Shown in pieces: positions 48,054 to 58,051 of a stretch of DNA of 64,000 bases. The stretch covers positions 2,820 to 66,819 of the forward strand of contig JAURCU010000001.1 in assembly GCA_030828305.1 (NCBI GenBank), given 5' to 3'. The position numbers and the translations under genes were made by a program. The notes beneath the pieces were generated by a model. The model worked only from the letters and a program-made list of their open reading frames with translations. It searched no databases and was not told the DNA's origin. The DNA is from Luteolibacter sp. Lineage in GTDB: Bacteria > Verrucomicrobiota > Verrucomicrobiia > Verrucomicrobiales > Akkermansiaceae. Position 1 is the stretch's first letter. Each line of letters begins with the position of its first letter.

Positions 48054-50564
48054 ATGAAAGCTGCACAATTCCTCATCTCCTGCGGAGCAATGATGCTGAT
48101 CGGCCTGATCGCGGCCGCCTGCAAGCCCAAGCAGGCCGAGGACGCTGCGAACTCGCCCCCTGATACGTCAGCAAGCACAGAAGAGGTAGAGCTCGTATCC
48201 GCCACAGCTCCCGTCTCTTTCAACAATGACATCCGCCCCATCCTCTCGGATCGGTGCTTTGCCTGCCACGGATTTGACAAGGAGACGCGAGAGGAGGACC
48301 TCAGGCTCGACATCCATGAGGGAGCCACTGAAGACCTGGGCGGCTATGCGGCGATCGTTCCCGGCAATCGAGAGAAAAGCGAGTTGTGGCTGCGCATCAC
48401 TGACGAGGGCGACCCCATGCCACCGAAAAAATATCATGGCAAGGCGTATCACAAGACCCTCAGCGCCGAGGAGATCGAGTTGATCGGACGCTGGATTGAT
48501 GAGGGAGCACCCTACGAGGACCACTGGGCCTACACGCCAGTCGAAACAACTGAACCTCCCAAGATCGCCAAACACCCCATCGACAGCTTCATTCAGGCCA
48601 AGCTCAGGGAGCAAAAGATCAAGCCCTCTCCCAAAGCCGACAAGCGCACGCTCATGCGCCGTGTCACCTTCGATCTTACCGGACTTCCACCCGCACCCGC
48701 CCAAGCCGCTGTCTTCATGCAAGATGATTCGCCGGATGCCTATGAGAAATACATCGATCAACTCATGGCCAGCGAAGCCTACGGCGAACACCTTGCCGTG
48801 TGGTGGCTTGATCTGGTGCGCTATGCCGACACCATCGGCATTCACAGCGACAACCCGCGCAACGTCTGGCCTTACCGCGACTGGGTCATCCAGTCGCTCA
48901 ACGACAACATGCCATTCGACCAGTTCTCCATCATGCAGCTCGCCGGCGATCTGATGCAGCAAGAACCCACCACCGACCAACTCGTTGCCAGCGCCTACAA
49001 CCGCCTCAACCTCGCCACCGAGGAGGGTGGTGCCCAGGCCAAGGAATACCAGGTCATCTACAACGTCGATCGGGTCACCAACTACGGTGAAGTCTGGCTC
49101 GGTTCGTCGACGGGTTGCGCGCAGTGCCACGACCACAAGTTCGACCCCATCAGCATGGAGGACTTCTACACCCTCGCCGCCTTCTTCGGCAGTCTCAACG
49201 GAGCAGCAGTGGGTCAGGAAAGTGGCTATCCCAAGCACGAGCCTCCCTACATCTTTTTGCCCAGGGACGATGCCGAGAAAAAGCAAATTGACGACGTCGA
49301 AAAACGCTACCGCGAGTTCATTGAAAAATACCCCGATGCCCCTCTCATGGATGAATACTACGGAAGCCGTGGCCAAGGCCGTCCGGCTTTGCCTGAGGGA
49401 GGCATGCCGACTTGGGGCAAGGAGTTCGAGAAGCTGCTGGGCGAACGCGCCAAGCTGGCCGAGAAGATCAATACCGTTCCCGTTTCACGCGATCTCAATA
49501 CGCCGCGCACCATCCGCATCCTGGCCCGCGGCAGCTGGCAGGATGAAACCGGTGAGGTCGTCCAGCCCGCCACCCCACGCTTCCTCAACGGCCCCCGCTC
49601 CACCGAAGACAAGCGCCTGAACCGCCTCGACCTCGCCAAGTGGACGGTATCCAGGGACAACCCGCTAGCCAGCCGCGCCGTGGTCAACCGTCTGTGGGCC
49701 CGCTACATGGGTCATCCCCTCTCGAGCAACCCCATCGACCTCGGCAGTCAGGGTAGCGCCCCCACTCACCCCAAGCTCCTGGACTGGATGGCCGCCGAAT
49801 TCATGGATCAGGGCTGGGACCTCAAGCACATGGTCCGCTTGATTGTTACCAGTGATACCTACCAGCAGTCCTCCAATGCCCGTGCCGATCTGGCCGACAT
49901 CGATCCCGACAACAAACAACTCTTCGCACGCCAGTCGGCGATCCGCCTCCCCGCCGAAGTCATGCGAGACCAGGCTCTCATGGCCTCAGGCTTGTTGAAG
50001 CCACGCGTTGGTGGCCCGAGCGTCTTCCCTTATCAGCCCGAAGGCCACTGGAATGCGCTGAATTTCCCAAAACGCACCTGGCCGACCAGCAAGGGCGACG
50101 ACCTCTATCGCCGCGGGATGTATACGTGGGTGCAACGCAGCTTCCCGCATCCACAGATGGTGAACTTCGATGCGCCATCGCGTGAGCGATGCACTGGCGA
50201 GCGCTTCCCCTCGACCACTCCCTTGCAGGCGCTGTCGTTGCTCAACGGCCCGGCCTATGTGGAGTCAGCGCGCGTGCTGGCCCAGCATCTCATCATCGAG
50301 CAACAGGAAGATTCAGCCCGCCTGGACGCACTCTATCTCAAAGTTCTGGCTCGCGCTCCCCGCGAGGAAGAGAAGGCCACGTTGATGGAGCTGCTCGCAA
50401 AGCAGAACGAACACTTCACCGCCAAACCGCAAGACGCTGCCAAACTGGCCGCTGCCGGACAGGCACCTCCCCTCTCCAACGATCTCAAACCCCTGGAAGT
50501 CGCTGCCTGGACCAGCCTCTGCCGCGTGGTTCTCAACCTTCACGAAACCGTCACCAGAAACTGA
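48054..50564 (+). CDS. Planctomycete cytochrome c (PSCyt1) + DUF1549/DUF1553 (PSD1/PSD2) lipoprotein
   Basis: Lipobox-like IAAAC; CFACH and CAQCHDHKFDP haem motifs; HPIDSF, RRVTFDLTGLPP, WLDLVRYADT, NRLWARYMG, PTHPKLLDWMA, TTPLQAL. Confidence 0.92.
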   Translation: MKAAQFLISCGAMMLIGLIAAACKPKQAEDAANSPPDTSASTEEVELVSATAPVSFNNDIRPILSDRCFACHGFDKETREEDLRLDIHEGATEDLGGYAAIVPGNREKSELWLRITDEGDPMPPKKYHGKAYHKTLSAEEIELIGRWIDEGAPYEDHWAYTPVETTEPPKIAKHPIDSFIQAKLREQKIKPSPKADKRTLMRRVTFDLTGLPPAPAQAAVFMQDDSPDAYEKYIDQLMASEAYGEHLAVWWLDLVRYADTIGIHSDNPRNVWPYRDWVIQSLNDNMPFDQFSIMQLAGDLMQQEPTTDQLVASAYNRLNLATEEGGAQAKEYQVIYNVDRVTNYGEVWLGSSTGCAQCHDHKFDPISMEDFYTLAAFFGSLNGAAVGQESGYPKHEPPYIFLPRDDAEKKQIDDVEKRYREFIEKYPDAPLMDEYYGSRGQGRPALPEGGMPTWGKEFEKLLGERAKLAEKINTVPVSRDLNTPRTIRILARGSWQDETGEVVQPATPRFLNGPRSTEDKRLNRLDLAKWTVSRDNPLASRAVVNRLWARYMGHPLSSNPIDLGSQGSAPTHPKLLDWMAAEFMDQGWDLKHMVRLIVTSDTYQQSSNARADLADIDPDNKQLFARQSAIRLPAEVMRDQALMASGLLKPRVGGPSVFPYQPEGHWNALNFPKRTWPTSKGDDLYRRGMYTWVQRSFPHPQMVNFDAPSRERCTGERFPSTTPLQALSLLNGPAYVESARVLAQHLIIEQQEDSARLDALYLKVLARAPREEEKATLMELLAKQNEHFTAKPQDAAKLAAAGQAPPLSNDLKPLEVAAWTSLCRVVLNLHETVTRN

Positions 50565-50566
50565 GT

Positions 50567-52045
50567 ATGCAGCACCCATTTCAAATGAAACGCGTTCTCA
50601 TGGAGCGTGTTCACGCCGAGCAATGCCTTCTCAGCCAGACCCGGCGCAAGTTTTTAACCAGCACCTTCGGCTCGGTCGGCTCGCTGGCGCTCGGCTCGAT
50701 GATGGGTTCCAAACTGATGGCCGCCACCGCTCGTGAACTCGACGAAGGTCTGCCCGCCGGCGCCAAGCCCTTCCTTACCCACGCCCCCAAGGCGAAACGA
50801 GTCATCCATCTGTGCATGGCCGGCGGCCCCAGCCACCTCGAAACCTTCGACTACAAGCCGACGCTCAGGAAACATCACAAGCAACCCATGCCCGAGTCGC
50901 TGACCAAGGGCCAGCCCATCGCCCAACTGCAGGGCAGGGCGCTCACCGCCTTCGAGCCGCAAACCACTTTCACCAAATGCGGCAAGGCCGGCATCGAGAT
51001 TGCCGACATTTTCCCCCACATCCAGAAGCTCGCCGACGAGATCTGCGTGATCAAGTCGATGAAGACCGAGCAGATCAACCACGACCCCGCTCACACCTTC
51101 TTCAACACGGGCACCATTCGACCCAACAATCCATCCATCGGCTCGTGGCTGATGTATGGTCTGGGCTCCCTTAACCAGAATCTTCCGGGCTTTGTCGTCC
51201 TCACCTCAGTCGGTGGCGGTCAGGCCCAGCCCATCTCTGCGCGCCAATGGCACAACGGCTTCCTCGACAGCAAATACCAGGGCGTGAAACTCAATTCGGT
51301 GGGTGACCCGGTCTACTACGTCGGATCCCCTGACGGCGTCTCCAATCCCTGCCAGTCCGAAGTCATCGAGGCTGTCAACCAACTCAATCAGAAGCACTCC
51401 AAGGTGGTGGACGATCCCGAAATCGCCAGTCGCATCGCGCAGTACGAGCTCGCCTTCCGGATGCAGATGGCGGTGCCCGAGTTGACCGATTTCTCGGACG
51501 AAAATCCCAAGACCATCGAGAGCTACGGCTGCAAGCCGGGTGACGGTTCCTTCGCCAGCAATTGCCTGCTCGCCCGACGCCTCGCCGAACGTGGTGTGCG
51601 CTTCATCCAACTCTATCACCGTGGCTGGGATCATCACGGCGGCATCAAAAAGCGCATCCCCGGAGCGGCTAAGCTTGTCGACCAGGCCACCGCAGCCCTG
51701 ATCAACGATCTCAAGCAACGCGGCATGCTCGACGATACCCTGATCATCTGGGGCGGTGAGTTTGGCCGCACCCCAATGGCCCAAGGCGACGGCCGCGACC
51801 ACCACATCAAGGGCTACTCCATGTTCCTATGTGGTGGCGGCATCAAGCCCGGCATCACCTACGGCAACACCGACGACTTCGGCTACAACGCCCAAGAGAA
51901 CGTCGTTCACGTCCGCGACCTCCACGCCACCATGCTTCACCAACTTGGCATCAACCACGAGAAGATGACCTTCAAGCATCAGGGCCTCGACGCGAGACTC
52001 ACCGGGGTGGAGCACGCCAAGGTGCTCAAAGAGCTAATCTCCTGA
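50567..52045 (+). CDS. DUF1501 domain protein (sulfatase-like fold, Tat signal)
   Basis: RRKFL Tat motif, AKRVIHLCMAGGPSHLETFDYKP, ARRLAERGVRF, GWDHH, GGEFGRTP, RDHH, TGV. Confidence 0.92.
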   Translation: MQHPFQMKRVLMERVHAEQCLLSQTRRKFLTSTFGSVGSLALGSMMGSKLMAATARELDEGLPAGAKPFLTHAPKAKRVIHLCMAGGPSHLETFDYKPTLRKHHKQPMPESLTKGQPIAQLQGRALTAFEPQTTFTKCGKAGIEIADIFPHIQKLADEICVIKSMKTEQINHDPAHTFFNTGTIRPNNPSIGSWLMYGLGSLNQNLPGFVVLTSVGGGQAQPISARQWHNGFLDSKYQGVKLNSVGDPVYYVGSPDGVSNPCQSEVIEAVNQLNQKHSKVVDDPEIASRIAQYELAFRMQMAVPELTDFSDENPKTIESYGCKPGDGSFASNCLLARRLAERGVRFIQLYHRGWDHHGGIKKRIPGAAKLVDQATAALINDLKQRGMLDDTLIIWGGEFGRTPMAQGDGRDHHIKGYSMFLCGGGIKPGITYGNTDDFGYNAQENVVHVRDLHATMLHQLGINHEKMTFKHQGLDARLTGVEHAKVLKELIS

Positions 52046-52053
52046 TTGAGGGC

Positions 52054-54441
52054 TCAGGATTTGAAGTCGGCAGGATCGATGACGCGCTCCTGTCCCTGAT
52101 TGAGCTCGTAGGTTTTTTTGACTCCGCGGTAGTTCAGGGTGCAGACTGGGCCGTCATTGGAGAGACCGCGCAAAGTGATTTTATGGAGTGCTCCATTTTT
52201 CCACTCGATGTCCATCCCGTAGCCACCGCGCAGCTTCATGCCCGTCACACGACCCTCCGGCCATGCCTTGGGAATGGCAGGCAGCAGATGGATGTAGCCC
52301 ATGTGGGATTGCGCGATCATTTCATTGACCGCAGCGGCAAAGCCGAAGTTGCAATCAATCTGGAAAGGCGGGTGGGTGGTCCAGAGATTGCCATGGGTTT
52401 TGGTCTGAAGGACGTCTGCCGCGAGCTTGTAGGAATTCTCGGCATCGAGCAGACGAGCGAACACGCAAGACTTGAAAATCTTGCTCCATCCAGTGCGACC
52501 ATTGCCGCGCGCGATCACGCTGACTTTGGCCGCATCGGCAAAATCGCTCGTATAGGTCGGGTGGATCTGGCGACCGGGATAAACCGCGAGCATATGACTG
52601 GCGTGGCGGTGCTCGCATTTGGGGTCGTCGACATCCTCCATCCATTCCTGCAATTGGCCCCATCGACCGATTTGTGGCCCCAACAGCTTGGAACGTTTTT
52701 CACGCAACTGCTTGCCGAACTCGGCATCCACTCCCAGGGCCTCGGTGGCCTCAATGGTGTTGGTGAAGAGGTCCCAGCACATCTGCTGGTCGTAGGAGAC
52801 GCCGTCGAGTTTGGTACGAAGCCCCTCGATCATGGTTGCACTTCCGTCCCCATTCTTCTTGTAGCCGATCTCGGGTGAGGTGCCGTCGGGAACCACCAAG
52901 GTTCCGTCAGGCAACTCCTTCAGGTGATCCAGCCAAAACTCGCTGATCTCCTTCATCACCGGGTAGGCGTAGCATTTGAGATAGTCATGATCGCGGTTGA
53001 AAGCGAAGTGATCCCAGAGGTTCTGACTGATCCATGCAGAGTCACCCTTCTGAAAGTAGTAGGTCGAGCCGCCAAAGATGCCGTTCTCGGAGCGCATCAA
53101 CCAGCCACGCTTCACGCCGAGCACTTTATGGGTCTCCTCCCTGCGCACCTCACGGATGGAATCAATCCACTCGGCGAGAGGCACGAAGCACTCCGAAAGA
53201 TTGGCCTGATCGACGAACCAGTAGTTCATCTGCAGGTTGATGTCGGTGTGGTAGTCACAGAGCCAAGCTGGGCGCAGGTGGAAGAGCCACAGACCTTGGA
53301 GATTGGCCGGCAAACCGCCATGGCCGGGGCGCGAGCAACTGATCATGAGATAACGCGCGTAGCGGTAGAGCAGGGTCTCAAGTCCTGGGTCTTTACCCGG
53401 CTGATATTGCTCAACCCTTTGGGCCGTGGTCAGCTTTTTCTTGGTAGGATCCGGCTTGCCCAGAGTGATGGAGAATCGATCGTAGAGTGACCGGTAATCC
53501 TCGACGTGGGCCTTGAGGAGTTGGACATAGCCTTTCTTTGCGGCCGCCTCGAGTGTGGCGGCAATGCGCTTGTGGGGGTGTTCACCACTCCAGCCCTCCT
53601 CCCGCTCGTTGACATAGCTGGTGTCAGCCGCAAGCAGCACGACGATTTCATTGCAGCCTGCAAACACAATGCGCTCGCCGCGGATACTCAGCGTGCCACC
53701 ATCGTGAAGCACGCGGACTTGGGCCTCGTAGTCGAGGTTGATGATATCATCACTGGCGTATTCGCGACCGCGCAGGCCCTTGTTGACGATCACCGGCCAC
53801 CAGAAAAGATCCTTGCTGTCTCCCTCCAGAGTCAGGGTGTTGCCCTCGGCCTTGGTGAGGATGGCTTCCATCGCCTCCTTGGGGTGTTTCATCTCCGCGG
53901 CAAACTTCGAACGGTGCATGCTATCGAGCCATAACTCCCCGGAGAGGGCGCCCGGTTTGTCCGCGCTGAAGCGCAACACCATGACTTGGTCTGGGTAACT
54001 GGCGAAATACTCACGGGTATGGCTGACATTGCCGGACTGATAGCTGATGGTTTGCAGCGCGCGACTGATGTCGAGCTCACGACGGTAATTGCGCGGCTCC
54101 TTGTGGCCGAGCTTGACGTAAAGATCGCCAAAGGGCTGATATCCGCCGGTACGGTCCTCGTTGCCGACCCATAGCGAATCCTCATTGAACTGGATACGCT
54201 CGACATCGGTGCCACCGAAGGCAGTGCAGCCGAGCCTACCGTTGCCAATGGGAAAAACCTCCTTGGACCAGATCTCATCGAGAGTTTTGAGCCTGAGCTC
54301 GGATTTGTCGGTAATGAGAACCTCTTTGTCGGCCCAAAGCAGGTGCGAGTGACTTGCTTGAGCTTGGGGTCGGGACACGGCTCCGATCACCGCTGCGCTC
54401 AGAAAGATGGCGAATTTACGAAACATTGGAAACAATCTCAT
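52054..54441 (-). CDS. Glycoside hydrolase family 95 (alpha-1,2-L-fucosidase-like)
   Basis: PIGNGRLG, QFNEDSLW, YARYLMISCSR, PANLQGLW, DYHTDINLQMNYW, SPE, GQLQEW, HRHASH, PFQIDCNFG. Start uncertain (54441 or 54426). Confidence 0.93.
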   Translation of the reverse strand: MRLFPMFRKFAIFLSAAVIGAVSRPQAQASHSHLLWADKEVLITDKSELRLKTLDEIWSKEVFPIGNGRLGCTAFGGTDVERIQFNEDSLWVGNEDRTGGYQPFGDLYVKLGHKEPRNYRRELDISRALQTISYQSGNVSHTREYFASYPDQVMVLRFSADKPGALSGELWLDSMHRSKFAAEMKHPKEAMEAILTKAEGNTLTLEGDSKDLFWWPVIVNKGLRGREYASDDIINLDYEAQVRVLHDGGTLSIRGERIVFAGCNEIVVLLAADTSYVNEREEGWSGEHPHKRIAATLEAAAKKGYVQLLKAHVEDYRSLYDRFSITLGKPDPTKKKLTTAQRVEQYQPGKDPGLETLLYRYARYLMISCSRPGHGGLPANLQGLWLFHLRPAWLCDYHTDINLQMNYWFVDQANLSECFVPLAEWIDSIREVRREETHKVLGVKRGWLMRSENGIFGGSTYYFQKGDSAWISQNLWDHFAFNRDHDYLKCYAYPVMKEISEFWLDHLKELPDGTLVVPDGTSPEIGYKKNGDGSATMIEGLRTKLDGVSYDQQMCWDLFTNTIEATEALGVDAEFGKQLREKRSKLLGPQIGRWGQLQEWMEDVDDPKCEHRHASHMLAVYPGRQIHPTYTSDFADAAKVSVIARGNGRTGWSKIFKSCVFARLLDAENSYKLAADVLQTKTHGNLWTTHPPFQIDCNFGFAAAVNEMIAQSHMGYIHLLPAIPKAWPEGRVTGMKLRGGYGMDIEWKNGALHKITLRGLSNDGPVCTLNYRGVKKTYELNQGQERVIDPADFKS

Positions 54442-54702
54442 CACTGCAGAATTAGTCATACAGCCCAAAAAATCAAATTTCGCCCGATGAGGAGATGTCC
54501 ACAGCTCCAGAGCCGTCATTTTTGATGCAGGCGGGGCGCTTGCGTCTCATGGTTGGTGGATGTCAGCCGGGATGATTGGCGAGCGTCTGGTGTCAATTTC
54601 TATCTTCAAGCCAATCATAGGCTTGAGCTGCAATCAAAACAAAGACACTTGGTCTGAATTTGCGGATTTGCGAAATGCCAATCTTGGAGAATGCTTTGCG
54701 CT

Positions 54703-55809
54703 GTGGATTCACTAACTCAGGCAACTTTGGGCGCAGCCATTGGCGAACTGGCACTGGGCAAACGCCTCGGCAACCGGGCGATTGCCTGGGGCGCTTTCTT
54801 CGGCACGCTGCCAGACTTGGACATCCTTTTCACTCCCCTCTTTGATCATGCTGGCTGGCTGTGGTGGCACCGTGGTCCAAGCCACTCCCTACTCATGATG
54901 ACACTGGCCAGTCTGTTACTCGCTCGCCCCCTCTCCAGATGGTGGCAGGCGGACAAGGTCACACCCATGCTCGCAGGCTGGTTCGTGTTTCTGGTTTTGA
55001 GCACCCATGTGCTCATCGACTGCTTCACTACCTACGGAACCCTCGTATGCTGGCCCTTCGATACAACCCGGATTGCCTTCAACAATCTCTTCATCATCGA
55101 TCCGCTCTTCACCCTGCCGATGCTGCTGGCACTGATTTGGATCGCTTTACTGAAAAAACCTGCCCAGTTGCCCAGACGGCGTCGCGTCAACCTCATTGGC
55201 CTGGGGCTGGCTTGCCTCTATGTCGGGCTGAGCTTCGGCGCGAAGGCCTTGGCATCCCGGGGCTTTGAGGCCGATCTTGCCAGGCAGGGAATGACCCCGC
55301 TGCGGCGATTCGAATCCCCTACTGCTTTCAATATCATCCTCTGGCGCTCGGTGGTCGACACAGGTGAGAGTTTTTGGGTGGGCTACCGATCGATCCTCGA
55401 CGCCAGTTCAGAGCCGACACGCTGGACCATCTACCCCAAGGGTCGTGATTCCTGTGTCATAATGGGAGAGCTCAGAGAGCTTCAACTCATCGAGCATTTC
55501 TCCAGCGGCTGGTGGATTGCGCGCCCACATGCCAAGGGACTTTGGATCGCAGATCTGCGTTTCGGCGAAATACGCGAATGGGACAGCCGCGATGGCATGG
55601 TCGACCACCGCATGAGCTTTAGTTGGAACCTGTTGCCGGATGAAGAGCGCAATCGCCTTCGCCCCCTGCCCCGCACGCGGCCCGAAATGAAGGAAATGCT
55701 CAAGCGCTTGGCCAAAAGAGCGGCCGGGCATCGCCAGGCTTGGGAAGCCAGCCCCCGGCTCGAAGGAGTCACGGGCAGCCTACCGGAGTTCCTCATCACC
55801 AGGCCCTGA
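54703..55809 (+). CDS. Inner-membrane metal-dependent hydrolase (YdjM/DUF457-like)
   Basis: (M)DSLTQATLGAA, GTLPDLD, HRGPSHS, HVLIDCFTTYGT, FIIDPLFT. GTG start. Confidence 0.88.
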   Translation: MDSLTQATLGAAIGELALGKRLGNRAIAWGAFFGTLPDLDILFTPLFDHAGWLWWHRGPSHSLLMMTLASLLLARPLSRWWQADKVTPMLAGWFVFLVLSTHVLIDCFTTYGTLVCWPFDTTRIAFNNLFIIDPLFTLPMLLALIWIALLKKPAQLPRRRRVNLIGLGLACLYVGLSFGAKALASRGFEADLARQGMTPLRRFESPTAFNIILWRSVVDTGESFWVGYRSILDASSEPTRWTIYPKGRDSCVIMGELRELQLIEHFSSGWWIARPHAKGLWIADLRFGEIREWDSRDGMVDHRMSFSWNLLPDEERNRLRPLPRTRPEMKEMLKRLAKRAAGHRQAWEASPRLEGVTGSLPEFLITRP

Positions 55810-55883
55810 AAGCCGGAAGGACATGCAAATTCATCACAATTCGGAGTTTCCGTCCGAGTAAAGCTGACTCTATTATCCACAAC

Positions 55884-57815
55884 GTGAGAATTTTCTGCCT
55901 GCTGATTGCCCTCTGCGTGTCCTTGCATGCCGCCGCCCCAGGGGCGGGCGACGCCGCGCTCGCTTACCTTGAGGAAATCCGCGAGGGCAAAATCAATCTC
56001 GATTCCGGCAAGGCGACCGCCATCTCTCCGCATATTCTGGAGCAAAAGCGACTCAATATCGCGGCACGCCTCAAGCGCCTGGGCAGCGAGCTCGGTAATG
56101 GCAAACTCAACATTGGGCGCGAAAAAGTCGAGGGCGATCTGGCGGCGGTAATGATCTGGAAATCTGATGGCTTCGACCCCAGCCAGATGCAGGTCATCGC
56201 TATTGGCCTGGTCCAGCGCGAGGGCAAATGGCTACCCGCCCCTGTGCCGGCCTCGTTCGAAAACTGCGGCATCAGCTATCGGACAGACGTCCGCAAACGC
56301 ACCAAAACCCTCGAAGCCTGGATGCATAAGCACATGGTTAGCGATCTATCGCAATTGCGTGAGCAATCCATCGCGCGCATGCGCGGTGACATCCACAAGC
56401 ACATCACCCGTGAAGATCTGGCCAAGATGAAGCCTCGTCAGGTCATGCAGCAATTCCTTGATGCGTGCAGCCGCCGAAACGCGCCCGAGATCATGGGGCT
56501 GGTTGGGGGATTGTCCGACAATCTGCCTGAGAACTGGCCGATTCGCTCAAGTAGCATTGAGGCAGCCACCAACGATCTTGATTCTCCGGGCCCGTGGAGA
56601 CTACTGATGTCACCCAATGTCGTCAGGGCTACTGTTGAACTCGATGATGAACACGGCCCTCTTCACGCATCGATCGCCTGTCTGGACCCCCAACTGATCG
56701 CCGGTTCCAGCACCCGCGAGCCCAAGGTTGAGCTGGTGCATCTCGAACTCATACTTGCCTCTGACGGCTTGTGGCAGGTCGAAGTGCCGCCCCACTTCTG
56801 GGAGGATCAGGACACCCGAGCAAACCATACCCACGAGGAACTCGACCGTGACCTGCTGGGTCGCTTCGCCAGCGAAGTGCGCAAGCAATACCCGGCCGAG
56901 CCCAAAGAGACGGTTGCCAGCGCTCGCAAGGCACTGATTGAGGCCCTGCAGCAGCAGCGCTTTGGTGACCTGCTCAAACTGACTGATATCGCCGCCGACC
57001 CGGCAACCGGACGCAAAGCAATCCTCAGGGCCGCTGAGGCATGGGGCTCTTTGCACGGCCTGGCCAATGCAGAAAACCCGGCATCTGCCTTCCAACTTCT
57101 CGACCTCGATATGAAGGTGGACGGCGATCATGCAGGCCTCCTCGTCCATGCCTTCTCGGCCCGCAAACCTGACCGCTACGACCCACACGCCCTCTACTTG
57201 CAGCGCAAGAAAGCCGGATGGATGTGGTTACCCAATCCCGATGATGCCCTGCTGGAGTCTTTCAAGGACTGGAGTGACGCCACCACCATCGAACAACGCG
57301 AGGGCTGGCGCCTGAATCTGCTCGCGGATTGTCCGGTAGTCACAAAACTTGGGCCTGCCGCTCCTGATGAAAATGAAGCGCGGAAAGTGGTCGAGGCATG
57401 GATCAAGGCGATTGAAAACGGAAACGTAATGGCCGGGCTAGAGCAATGTGCCCGACTTGATCTCGAAGACAGCTCCAAAGTCATGCTTCGTAATTTGGGC
57501 TACGAGGTGGTCGATGCCTTGCGCAAGGATGGCAAGGGTTCGGTAAAACATGTGCTTGCCAAAGGTTCATGGGTTGGCGTCGGCACCCACCCACGCAACC
57601 CCCAGACGCGCTCATTTTCCATGTATCCGGTCATCCAGACCGAGAAAGGCCCCCGTATCCTTCTGGAAATCGACTTGATTGCCTCAAGCGGCAGAGGGCG
57701 CGAGTTTCTCAACCGTACGAGCCTGACCCGCTCCAAAGACCTTGGTGAAAAGACTGACGAGTTACTCAAGGAACTGTTTGAGGATCACTGTCGCCAATGC
57801 CTGCCTGAGCCCTGA
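55884..57815 (+). CDS. Secreted hypothetical protein with about four repeated helix+sheet modules
   Basis: GTG start then signal peptide (RIFCLLIALCVSLHA); long open frame with coding-like composition; no family recognised. Confidence 0.7.
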   Translation: MRIFCLLIALCVSLHAAAPGAGDAALAYLEEIREGKINLDSGKATAISPHILEQKRLNIAARLKRLGSELGNGKLNIGREKVEGDLAAVMIWKSDGFDPSQMQVIAIGLVQREGKWLPAPVPASFENCGISYRTDVRKRTKTLEAWMHKHMVSDLSQLREQSIARMRGDIHKHITREDLAKMKPRQVMQQFLDACSRRNAPEIMGLVGGLSDNLPENWPIRSSSIEAATNDLDSPGPWRLLMSPNVVRATVELDDEHGPLHASIACLDPQLIAGSSTREPKVELVHLELILASDGLWQVEVPPHFWEDQDTRANHTHEELDRDLLGRFASEVRKQYPAEPKETVASARKALIEALQQQRFGDLLKLTDIAADPATGRKAILRAAEAWGSLHGLANAENPASAFQLLDLDMKVDGDHAGLLVHAFSARKPDRYDPHALYLQRKKAGWMWLPNPDDALLESFKDWSDATTIEQREGWRLNLLADCPVVTKLGPAAPDENEARKVVEAWIKAIENGNVMAGLEQCARLDLEDSSKVMLRNLGYEVVDALRKDGKGSVKHVLAKGSWVGVGTHPRNPQTRSFSMYPVIQTEKGPRILLEIDLIASSGRGREFLNRTSLTRSKDLGEKTDELLKELFEDHCRQCLPEP

Positions 57816-58051
57816 ATCCAGGAAGCTCTGGATCATTGCATGTTGATTCCAGCGAACTTTGTCAAAACAACCGATTCGGTGTGACGGTTGAAGTCTTCCA
57901 TGTTGTCTGCATCTCTGTCTTCAATGTTTTTTGCCTGCCGTGGATGATGAGAACACGGACACTTGGCGCTCCAAGTGATGCTGTGTGTGACTGCCCTGGC
58001 CACGATTGCTTGATGAAGCCTCGGTATTGCATTCAGCACGCCTCTCCTCAA

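Noticed and set aside
57816-58051. Searched downstream of map for infA or rpmJ remnants; 72 aa ORF 57833-58051
   Set aside because: No similarity to IF-1 or L36 motifs in my reading; the ORF has a TTG start and no recognisable features.
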